From assembly GCF_018977255.1 (NCBI RefSeq), contig NW_024704743.1:47246001-47310000 (forward strand): 64,000 bases of DNA, written 5' to 3'. Shown here one piece after another: positions 1-11,378 of this stretch (position 1 is its first letter; every line of letters starts with the position of its first letter). This DNA comes from Callorhinchus milii (Eukaryota). Under the pieces are notes generated by a model. That model ran no database searches and was not told where the DNA came from. It saw only the letters and a program-made list of their open reading frames with translations. The translations under genes and the position numbers were made by a program.

Positions 1-1198
1 AAGGTTTTATACAGATTTAACATCATTTTCTTGCTTTTATATTCTATTTCTCTTCACATAAAGTTCAGGAATTCATTTGCCTGCATTCTGGCTTTATGCA
101 CCCATGTTACTACTTTTGGAGACTAATGAACCTGAATAGCCAAGAAGTATTTGCTCCTGTATTCCTCTTGGGTTCTTAGCCTGTAAGGTAAAGACAGCTG
201 TTACCAAAGTGAGTCACTTCGCATTTCTCTATGAGGCGATTATGAGATGAGCCTTTTTTCAGGAGGGAAACTTCTCACTCACAATGTGACTTGGACACAG
301 CAGTGACTGAACAAATCAGGACCATCAAATGCAAGAGGCGTCTTATTGTGATGTCACGCGGGTCAGTGTCCAGAAATCGGAGTGAAATGAGACTTGTGCA
401 AAGCTGAGCAGTCTCACAGGAAAGTACAAGCTCGCGCTCCAAAGACCAAAGGGAAAACTGTGTGACATTACAGCCATGGAAGTAAAAGCTGCCAAACCAA
501 AGGAAGGTACAGATTAAATAATGACGGTAACATACTGATGTGCAGTCAGAAGAGAACTACTCTTTAACTCCTTGTCATTTGAAACCCCAGGTCAGAGGGG
601 AAGATGTCATTTACCAAGGTATTGCCCTGTTGGGATGTCATAACATGGTTTAGCAGAAGTTAATTGACTAATTGATAGTTTGACACAAGTGGTGCTGTGA
701 TGTTCAATAACGCGCACTGGACAGAAATGAGGTATGCAAAATAAACCAAGTGCCATTGATTACAATACATTACCAGCAAGTAGGTCTTTTGATGGGAGTG
801 GGGGATTTTCATAAAATAATAAGCTCCTAAGGTTGTGTTCCTTGCACAGCAAATGCAATAGACTGGCATTTTATTTTTTATTAGAAATGTTAGATTTTTG
901 TAAAATTTGTATAAAGGCTCCATCTAGTGGTTGTTGTGTGTGGAGTCATTGGGTTTTCTTTACCTAGGGTGTAATTATTATTTTTACTTGGTCAGCCATG
1001 TGTCTGACACATGCGGAAATCCATCACCATTCTTATCCAAACCAGATTGAGAGTTCCACATATGTATGTCACCTACACCTTGAAATTTTAAGTGATGCAC
1101 ACTGGATAGAATGGGGTATGGAAAATAAACCAAATGCCACTGATTATAATAAATTACCAGCAAGCAGCAAGTAAGCCTATCGCTGTCACTGGATGATT

Positions 1199-1630
1199 TA
1201 TAATAATAATCTTCGCAATTAATATAGTGTCTTATCCCATTGGAGGGACATCTCAAAGCATTTCACAAAATTTACTGGGAAATGTAGTCACTGTGTACTT
1301 GTGGGCGAAATGCGACAGCTGGTAGTGGACAGCAATGTCCTACAAACCACCATGAAGTGAGTGACCAATTTTACTTTGGAATCGTTGGCCAGAACGCTGA
1401 AGAAACTCCCTTCTCTTTTTGAATAGTGCCTTGGGATCCCTGAACAAACAGACAGTACCTCGATTTAAAGTCTCCTCTGAAGGAGGACACCTCCAACAAT
1501 GCAACATACCCCAAGCACTGCATTGGAGCGTCAGTTCAGACTATGTGAGTTCAAGTCCTGACATGGATTTTGAACCCACAACCTTCTGACTCAGAGGCAA
1601 GAGTGCGACCACTGAACCAAGCTGCCACAC
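1199..1630 (-). mobile_element. DeuSINE-like SINE, long type
   Basis: tRNA-like head (tcagaaggttgtgggttcaaa), Deu-like body, (TAT)n tail. Confidence 0.8.
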
Positions 1631-4600
1631 AATATGAAAACTTCCCTTATAAACACTTACAAACTCTTCCAGATTGTTCTGAAGACATTTGCAGTTTCAA
1701 GGATATGAAAAAAAATTAAAATCTAATATTTTACATTAACTTCATTCCAGATTTCAGCTGCCAGAGCAAATTTGCATAACATTGGATGAATCATAACATT
1801 ATACGGCTATAACAAAATGCAAATTCAAATCTGTACAAAACATACCAAGCACAGTCAGGATCGGTTACCAGTTTAACATTATGCAGGCCTCTGAGTCAGA
1901 AGGTTGTGGGTTCAAATCCCACGTCCGGACTTGAACTCAAATAGTCAAAACACAATGGGCGACTGAACATTATGTGAACTCGACTATAGTTGCTGGTTAC
2001 TGCTTGGAGGTACTGTTGGAGTTTCACCACCTAAAAGCATATACTTATAATGTAATTATTTATGACTATATTAAAAATATGAATTTGCCACTAATGTTTA
2101 CTAAGTATTGGTTACATTAGCACAAAAGTCTTCCATGTGGTTCATTTCCCAGGGGGAAAGGTGGATATAGAGATTGAGCATCAGCTGGAACATCACATTT
2201 GAACTAGTTTATAAGTTGAACCTACGGGTGATAAAGGAGCACTTTTCATGAATTATAGATGTGGAAGCTACCACTATATAGCAATGCCGCACAGAAATAT
2301 ATGAGTTATTTCAGTCATATAACTTACAAGTGCCACAGGCACAAATTAATTCTAGCTTTCCTCTCACAAACAGTAAATAATTTTCATACTCAGTCTTTAT
2401 AAAATACAGTCTTTACAGTATATCCTGTGAACTACTTTGAGATGTCTCAATGATGTGATAAGGTGTTTCATCAAATGCGAAGATTATTATTAAACACTTT
2501 ACTATCTTTACAAACTACTTTAATTTTAAAATGTATAGGAACATAGGAATGTGGTGGGCCAAAGGAAACCAATATAGTCCACCTGGCTTGCCTCAATTTT
2601 CAAAAAATTCTCTCAGGAATGGGCATTAGACCAGGAATGGGTATCTGACCTGAAGAATTTTTCCAGACTAAGCCTCAGTGAACATACATTTTTTTCCCCA
2701 CAATGACTGCTTTCAATCATATCTTGACCCATGTTCACGAAACAACACAATGGGTACGGCCCATGACAGCACTGTGAATGGATAGACAGAACATCCAAGT
2801 TTCACAGCTTCTATGTAATGCTATACTGAGGTAGTTGTGTCATTAGGATGTATGTTAAGGCCCAAGATTGGCAAAAGGATTTGTAATTTTCAAATCCTGA
2901 ATGTGGCTTGGGGGCATAATACCTTGCATGTACTGTTGGATTCACTGCACATTTGAATTTGAGTTTGATTTGAGTCAAAATGGTCCAGACAAGAAGGTTC
3001 TCCTCTGGCACCTTTGAGGTGAGGAGGACAGCTGAGGAGAATGGGAACAGAGCAGCATGACATGAATTCAATATAATAATAATCCTTGTATTTGCATTTG
3101 ATATAGCACCCATAACGTTGACGCTTCTCAAAGCACCAGGTTTGGAGGGACTCATCCTGTTTTAATTGATCTTAGAAAGTATGAGGTTCAGGTTGGCAAG
3201 TGTCAGAGTTTGGGGGCTCCAGCAGGCGATTTTTGGGTATTGCTGGATCTTGACAAGCTTGCCATTACAAACACTGCATAGCATTCTTCTCGCTGCTTGT
3301 TCAGCTGCGACTGCCCTATCTGTCAGGGTTTGACTTGCATGGTTAACAGGAATCACCTGGGAAAAATAATCCCAGCTAACCATACGGATCAACAAATGGG
3401 TGAGATGGCCCTTTGCTTCTTCCAATTGATAGCTTCAAGGCTCCCTCTTGAACTGTGCAGGGTCATAATAGCACAAAATATTAATATAATGCCACCACCT
3501 AGTGGATATTGTGTGAAATCACAATTGCTAATACTTTACTGTAATGACACTTATTGTCTTCAACTCACATGTGAAGAACGGCAACTTAGTCACAGTACAA
3601 AGGGCTACAGTCATTTGTGGAAATGTAGCACCTTCAAGGAGATGGGGGGTGGGGGGAAGAAATCAAATTATAATTAAATGAAAGAGCTCCTGGGAATTGC
3701 TCTGACTGTATTGAAACACAGTTAGAATTTGACATAAGATTTATAAAACAATTTGTTTAATTTAAAGGTAATCCTAAATAATGATGCAATAAGTTTTCAA
3801 GTACAGGTAAGGTAATTGACAGTTGCTGTTTTATTTTGTCAACAGGAATTAAAACTGAGTCATGATTAAAGATAATACTTTCAAAGGTACACTTACAATT
3901 TGCTAGGCATTACGTGGACTATAAAAGCTCAACATACCCCCCATGGTTTGATTCTTTTTAAGCAATAAATTTTATGTCAAATGAGCAAACTATGCAAAAC
4001 ATGATGCATTCTATTTTATAATGGTATAACATGTACAACAACTACAGGCATACAACTATGTGGTATCATAAAAAAAAATTTGGTCAGACATTTGGAAACA
4101 ACATCATGCTTAAGAATATCCAAACCAAACTACTGAGAGTTTCACAAATGTTTTCAAATTTCCAGCTGATTAAGTGCGTACTCTCTGCCCAGAGGACACA
4201 CCCTGATCATCTAATGCCAGAAACATTTAAGCACTGGTCAGCAAATGACATTAGGGACCCCAGTGTGTGTATCACAACACAACAACAAATACAAATTGTA
4301 TCATTGTATCATTATATTATCATTTAATATTAAATTGGTTTTACCTCCTATTCATTTTCTGTTTCCTGAGCACTATAGTCGCATCCTTGAGTTGATGCAA
4401 ATGTAATCCAATGATTTTTCCTGTACCAGCTACGAATTAGGCTTGAAGGTGCAATTATTTTTGTTTGGTCAGCTGGGTGTCTGACACAAGCAGAAACTCA
4501 TCACCATGCTCAAGAGTATCCAAACCAAACTGAGTGTTCATGCATTACACTGACACATGGACATTCCCCATGTACTGGAATTTTTCCGGCAAGCTTTCCC

Positions 4601-4822
4601 GCTGCTTGTCCAGTTAGGACCACCCTTCCCGTTAGTGCTTTGGCTTGCAGGGTTAACAGGAGCTGAGTGGGATGATTCCCTGCCCTTAGAAGTCCTGCCG
4701 ATGTTTAATGTCTAGACATGAATCAGACATGAATTAGACATGTTTATCTGATTAGACACTAGTTATTTTTAATCAGGTCCTTTTACAGTGTTGCTTTGTT
4801 TATTACTTACATTCTGTAGCTG

Positions 4823-5310
4823 TACCTGTAACTCAGTGGTTAGAACACTCGCCTTGTAAGCAAAAGACCTGGGTTTGATTTCTGAGCAGGGCGAAACGTT
4901 GGGCAAGTTTTCTTACTCCATACGCCTCTGTTTACCTAGAAGTAAGTAGGAACCTGGTTGTTAGTCGATTAGTGGATCATTTTTCCGGGGGTATTAATTC
5001 CTTCAAAAAAAATAATCATTATTTGAGTACTCAATCCATGACTGTTTGTGGAACACTGCTGTACGCAATTGCCTGCTGCATTTCGGCCGCAAAATATACA
5101 GTCAATTCACTTTACAATATATTCTCTGAAGAGCTTTGAGATGTCTCGAAGACGTGATAAGGGGCTATATCAAATGTAAGGATTATTTCGCCCACAAATA
5201 TACAGTCAATTCACTTTACTATCTATTCTGTGAAGTGCTTTCAGATGTCCAGAAGACGTGAAAAAACACTATATCAAATGCAAGGATTATTATTAGTAGT
5301 AGTAGTAGTT
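4823..5310 (+). mobile_element. tRNA-headed SINE, intermediate type, with duplicated 3' tail
   Basis: cctgtaactcagtggttagaacactcgcc head, ttgggcaagttttcttactcc..tttacctag segment, two tandem tails. Confidence 0.85.
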
Positions 5311-5583
5311 TTTTATCCTTTTTGACTTAAGAGCGATGACTTATCTTAAGTGTAGTTTAATTTTGGATTTTTTATGCTTTTCAATTCATACACAAAGCCA
5401 GAATTCTTAACACTTGTCCTTATTAATTCCAGTGCCATATGACGATTAGACTACTGTATCAACATCTGAGGTACCAAATGGCCAAACAATCCTAAATACA
5501 CTCAGAATCTACACAGGGAATATGCAATAAGAACAGCTCCTTTGTGTGAAATGATAATAATAATCCTTGAAAATGGTTATAGT

Positions 5584-5897
5584 AATAATAATAATAATCC
5601 TTGCATTTGATACAGCGCTTTTCATGTCGGGAGGATGTCTCAAAGCGCTTCACAGAACACACTATAAAGTGAATTGACTGTATATTTGTGGGCGAACACA
5701 GCAGCCAATTGCGCACAGCAATGTCCCACAAACAGTCGTAGATTGAAAATGACCAATTTATTATTGTTTTTGGAGGGATTATTATTAGGCTCTGTGTGGA
5801 GTAAGGAAACTTGCCCAAGGTTTCGCCCTGACCTGCCTGGAATTGAACTCAGGTCTCTCGCTTGCAAAGCGAGTGCTCTAACCACTGAGCTACAGGA
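5584..5897 (-). mobile_element. tRNA-headed SINE, short (young) type, full length
   Basis: Near-identical to copies at 33919, 35711, 42168, 47332 and 55884. Confidence 0.92.
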
Positions 5898-6159
5898 GTA
5901 CCTTTCATGTTGCCGGATATCTTAAAAGTGCTTTACAGGATTTTATTGTAAAGTGAAGTGTATTGTTTGCATGGGTACGCAGCAGACGATTTGTGCACAA
6001 CAATAATTTGGGGGAGTTGTTGGCCAGGGATCTTTAACGTTCACCTGAACAGGCGGTATGTCAAATGCAAGGATCATTATTACTTAATGCTGGAGTTTAG
6101 CAAGTTAAAACCGCACAGCCAACACGACCAACTCAGAGCTCCCTACGCAGGGCTTTTGC

Positions 6160-6560
6160 TCACAGGGGTCAACGGGAGCGGAGTTGGAAGAATCCCTGCG
6201 ACCCAATCTTTATTTTTTATATATTTTTTTAGATAAGGTATACTTTTTCAATATATATTTTTATGGTGGTGTGGTGGAGAGGTGGAGCCAAATGAACAGA
6301 GGTACATGTTCCCTGACCTCTGCTGGATGGATGGAAACTGCAGGAGCAAACCTCAGTTAAGAGCATTGCACCAGAGGCCGCCCTGCAACCAGAGTCTTGT
6401 GACCGTCAGCTGAGCAGTGTCGGGGTAAGTGAACTGCGCCGCCCGTTTGGCTGCAAACAGAGATCTCCGGGTGGGCGCCGTGTTTGTGGGCAGACGGGTG
6501 ACAGACAGGAGACTCTCTGGGGTTACAGGGAGTGTTGTGTTGCCGGCGCTCAGTAAGGTT
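6160..6560 (+). promoter_or_regulatory. Candidate CPVL promoter and non-coding first exon
   Basis: Local CpG/GC enrichment and a consensus donor GG|GTAAGT at 6424/6425. The first coding exon has an acceptor 1 nt before its ATG, so an upstream non-coding exon is required. Confidence 0.5.
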
Positions 6561-6567
6561 GGCAGTG

Positions 6568-7100
6568 CTGGGGGGGGCGGGCAGTCAGGGGGAGCAGTCT
6601 GCAGTCAGGGGGAGCTGTCTGCAGTCGGGGGGGGGGCAGTCAGGGGGAGCTGTCTGCAGTCAGGGGGGGGGGCAGTCAGGGGGAGCTGTCTGCAGTCAGG
6701 GGGGGGGGCAGTCAGGGGGGTGGGAGGGGGCAGTCAGGGGGAGCTGTCTGCAGTCAGGGGGGGGCAGTCAAGGGGGGTGGGGGGGGCAGTCGGGGAGCTG
6801 TCTGCAGTCGGGGGGGTGGGGGGGGGCAGTCAGGGGGAGCTGTCTGCAGTCAGGGGGGCAGTCTGCAGTCGGGGGGGCAGTCAGGGGGGGCTGTCTGTAG
6901 TCGGGGGGGGCAGTCAGGGCGAGCTGTCTGCAGTCGGGGGGGGGCAGTCAGGGTGAGCTGTCTGCAGTCGGGGGGGGGCAGTCAGGGGGGCTGTCTGCAG
7001 TCGGGGGGGCAGTCAGGGGGGGCTGTCTGCAGTCGGGGGGTGGGGGGGCAGTCAGGGGGAGCTGTCTGTAGTCGGGGGGGGGGGCTGTCTGCAGTCAGGG
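6568..7100. repeat. G-rich minisatellite, ~30-nt unit (GGGGGGGCAGTCAGGGGGAGCTGTCTGCAGTC)
   Basis: Directly visible tandem array with variable G-run lengths. Confidence 0.95.
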
Positions 7101-8214
7101 TTCAGTCCCTCTGCTCTCACTTCCAACTGGACACAACCCGATCAGTTTACAGTGTGAGGCTGTCATTCAATCCTGTATTGAAGCCTCCCACCCCCCGTCT
7201 CAGATTTACTGCTTTTTGTTTTGAGCTGATAATAATACTACACTGATCTTTCACCCTCAACGTTTAAATACATTTTTCAGTTGTTTATTTGTAACGTGGG
7301 GAGGGGGGGGGAGAACCTCCAGTTTTCCTGAAGCAGTTGCCTCCCTCTGGGGTTGCAGGTCCAGGGCCATCTGAGTGAGTGGCTGTGGTCTGAGCACAGA
7401 CCCAGAGGGACAGCTGTGGGGACACTCTGACCACCTCTAGTACAGAGGTTTGTTTCCCAGTGTCCACACACACACAGCCTTTCTTGTATTACACCCAGAA
7501 CGCAGTGAGGAGCAGGAATCTGTACCCAAGTGTTTTTGCCTCTCCAGCGCAGGGATGTTGAAGTCATTTGTACCAGTCAGCTTTGCCCAGAAAGGGATCA
7601 TGACACTCAGCCGACTTAGGGTTAGACCCTGGGTCATTCAGTGACCCGGCTTGTTCTGGTGCCTCGTTCACTGACTGGCAATAGAGGAGCTTATGTTGTG
7701 ATAAGTAACCATATAATAATAATAATATCACCTACAACTGGTGACTATCCTCCCGTGGTCATGTTGGGAGGGGGTGAGAGTGTTGTAAACAGGGTCTCTT
7801 TGGGGCTGAGCTGCCTCCAAAGTGACCTGATTGACCACAGAATGTCAGCATTGAGTTAACCCTCTGTAGCTGTCTCAGTTGGACCGCAGTTAGAGGCACA
7901 AACAGGCGATATAAATTTGAGTTCCTGTTTTACATCAGTCTGCTACTGAAGGAGGTGTCACTTTATTTCATGCAGTTCTTCTTTCCCCTCTCCACCTCTA
8001 CAGTTCCCACCCCTGCTCAAATGCTCATCCAGCAGTGTCAAGCGCTTTGAATGTCCCCCAGTGTGAACGGCAATATGTAAATTTTAATGCCCAGACAACC
8101 ACAAGTTGTTTTATGAGCCTTTTTTTGTAGCCTTGCCGGTATCCTCCACATTAGACCTTGGCCTTTCACTTAGATTTCTCAAATCAAAAATACTCTTATC
8201 AGGAACTACAGTCT

Positions 8215-8745
8215 GCTTGGAGTAACAGAGTGATTAGTGCACATATCTCACAAGCAAGAGGACCTGGATTCAATTCCCGGACGGGCAAAACAGTCTGTAA
8301 ATTTCCTTACTCCACACGCCTTTATTTACCTAGCGGTAAGTAGGAACTGGATTGTTTGGCAATTCCAAGGGTAATAATTTCTCTCCTCCCCCATCCACCA
8401 CAAAAAAANTTTGGTCACTCAATCCATGACTGTTTGTGGGACTCTGCCGTGCACAATTGGCTGCTGTGTTTCTTCCACATAATTCACATTTAATCCACTT
8501 TACAGTATATCCTGTGAAGCGCTTTGAGATGTCTCAGCGACATGATAAAGCACTATATCAACTGCAAGGATTATTATTATCTGGCCTGTGTCAGTATCTT
8601 ATGTATTCCTAATAATAATCCTTGCATTTGATATAGCACCTTATCACACCTTCAAGGCATCTCAAAGCGCTTTCAGGATATATTGTAAAGTGAATTGACT
8701 GTATATTTTGTGAGAAACACAGTAGCCAATTATGCATGGCAGTGT
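8215..8745. mobile_element. SINE (+, 8215-8580, intermediate type) and an inverted SINE tail (-, 8610-8745)
   Basis: Shared SINE body and tail sequence in opposite orientations, 30 nt apart. Confidence 0.85.
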
Positions 8746-11197
8746 AATACCCTTTATCATACACAAAAAAACCAATCGTTCCTGAAATTGCCAACCTAAA
8801 TATCCATTTAAATTGTTTTATACAGTATTTTGCAGTTACAGGGAAAATATTTGTTGTCCTTCCTGCAAATGTATAAAATGTAAAAGGGTGCAAGTGGCAT
8901 GCAAAATAAATTGAAAATCTGATATGCGAGAGTTGCAAAAGGTTTTGTAAATAGCAGATCCTACAGGTGCCCAGATGTGAAGTGAGGAGTTTGACCTTAG
9001 TCAGTTCAGAAAGATTAAATCGGGGTCAGAGATTCCCACAGCCACTAAATCACAAAGTCTTTATTTAGACTTGCTTTTTGCATAAGACTCCAGCAAGTTG
9101 GTTTTGATGTTGGCAAACCAACAATTGCTGTTTTGAGTCAGAATTGCCAGATGAATAAAACACAGGAAAGTTTACTGCCTGTTTAAGTATGGTATGCAAA
9201 GTTTCATTGATAAGTTTGCTTAGCATCAAATTTGGGAACCTGCCATTAGAGTGGTAAAGATGTGAAATGGTATTTAAATACAGAAGTTGACTGCATTTTT
9301 ATTGCGTAATTTTAGATTGGAAGTTTTTTTTACAAAAAAAAAATTAAATAATTGTTAAGAGTTGTGCTGTGGTCTTGTTTGAGGCCCAAACAAAGACAGT
9401 GTATTGAACTTAGCAATTAGGAAACAAGACACTATCTGCACAGTGAGAGCAAATTTCAAGTGCTGTTTACCTAATGCCTGTACTGTACTAGCAGAACTAT
9501 AAAGGATAATATTCTGCTTTAATTTCACAGAGAAGGTTGCTGCAGTTATGACTGGTAGCTATTTCTGGTTTAATACTGCAGCACCAGTGCATTTAATAAT
9601 AATAAATAATAATCCTTGCATTTGGTATAGCGCCTTATCACATGTGCGAAACGTCTCAAAGTGCTTCACAGAATATACTGGAAAGTGAATCTAAAAGAAA
9701 CACACAGTCAAGTGACCATGACTTAGATTGTGGGTTAACGACCCTTCTTCAGAACTGGTCATAATTCAGTTCTGACAAATCCGATATAATTCAAATTCAC
9801 TTTACAGTATATTCTATACAGTATATGACCTACTTTCCTTTCTACATAAATGCTGCCTGACCTGCTGAGTGTTCCCAGCAATCTCTGTTTTTGCTTCAGA
9901 TTTCTAGGATTTGCAATATTTTGCATTTTATGATTTAGATTGTGTTCTTGTTGTTGGGTCTGGGGTAGAATCAAAACTAACTTGCAAAATGCTCAATTCA
10001 TTGAAAGGAGCTACAATGTATCACTCAGTTGTCATCCTGGTTCCATTGGTGGCATCTTGCATCTGAGTCAGAAGGTTGAGGGTTCGGGCTTTGAGCTGCC
10101 AAATCTAGGATGGCCCGCCATGCAATGCTGGGAGAAGTATTGCATTGTCAGAGGTGTCATCCCGGTTTGACTTTAATGATCCCATGGCACTATATGAAAA
10201 GAGAATGGAGTTTCCCCTAGTGTTCTGGCCAAAAATCTCCCAAATAAAATTGGTCATTGACATCAGGGCTGTTGGGACATTGCTGCCACATTTACCTGCC
10301 TTTTCCCCCTTATACTGTTTTTATGTGATAATTATTGCCAATTACTATGACAAGGAATGAATAGTTTCTTTCTCAGCAGATTAAGAATGGATTTTTTTGT
10401 GGTCAGCTGGGTGTTTGACATGCAGAAGCTCATTGCATGTTTAAGATTATACAAACCAGATTGACAGTCCCACCTGTGGACATTTTCCCGGGTCTGGAAT
10501 GGAATTTGCGCTCTCTCCCTGATGGTATTCAAGGCAGCTTGGCAAGAACCAAGGCTTTATATCTCTGGAGTTGAGGTACTGCTGGCGTTTAACCAGCGAA
10601 AACCATATCGCTTGCCATTAAGAGAGAACGGAATGATCGCTGTGTTTGTTTCAAATTTGTGAGTGATTTTTATTTCTTGAATCCTAACCACTTGATTTTG
10701 TTTTTAACATCAATATTTTGGGCTTCTGTAGAGCAAAGAGGCATAAAATCACAACTTCTCTCCTGCTTTCCCACCCCTGTGAGGCCATAAGACACTTCTG
10801 ATCAGGTTAATTGACAATTGGGCTGCTGGGATTATTTTGTTTTCACCCGAGTTTTGAGGAATTCATCTTGCATCAGCATAGTGCTTTTGGTAGCAGTGGA
10901 ACTAAGAGCTTGATGAATTCTCAGACAGTAATTAATAATTAATAAGCACTAGGAAATGGTCTGGGCACAGGAAAAGGCCCTGTATGTATTCATCTGCAAA
11001 GACATAATTGCCACTAAATGCGAACCACTTTGTTCATCATTCCTAAATTTGGCTTTTAAATGAAATGCTTTATTATGGTATCAGATAGCTTAAATGACTG
11101 TATGATCTCATTTAAAAGATTATAAGGCGTATTTAACACAGATATATGCAGTTTCTTTTTAAAGTTGTAATGATTTTTTTTCTGTTTGGCTTACAGG

Positions 11198-11378
11198 ATG
11201 TGGCGCACAGGACTGTTCCTCATTGCCCTTGTTTGTATGCAGCCATGTTGCATATCTGGAAAGTTCAGTTTTCTCCGCCGCATGTTTAGAGGCGTCAAGG
11301 GTTTTGTTACATCACATGTAGACCCTGGGAAACCCCTCATGCTCACTCCTTACCTGGAGGCTGGCGAAATTGAAAAAG
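11198..11378 (+). CDS. CPVL: CPVL coding exon 1 (signal peptide; [18 protein letters not shown]...[19 protein letters not shown])
   Basis: Acceptor ttacag|g at 11196/11197, ATG at 11198, donor G|gtaaga at 11378/11379; phase 1. Confidence 0.9.

Noticed and set aside
468..513. Possible micro-exon (ttacag|ccATGGaagtaaaagctgccaaaccaaaggaag|gtacag)
   Set aside because: Weak polypyrimidine tract and donor, and no recognisable protein; not supportable without RNA data
6429..7246. Gly-rich ORFs
   Set aside because: Translations of the G-rich minisatellite
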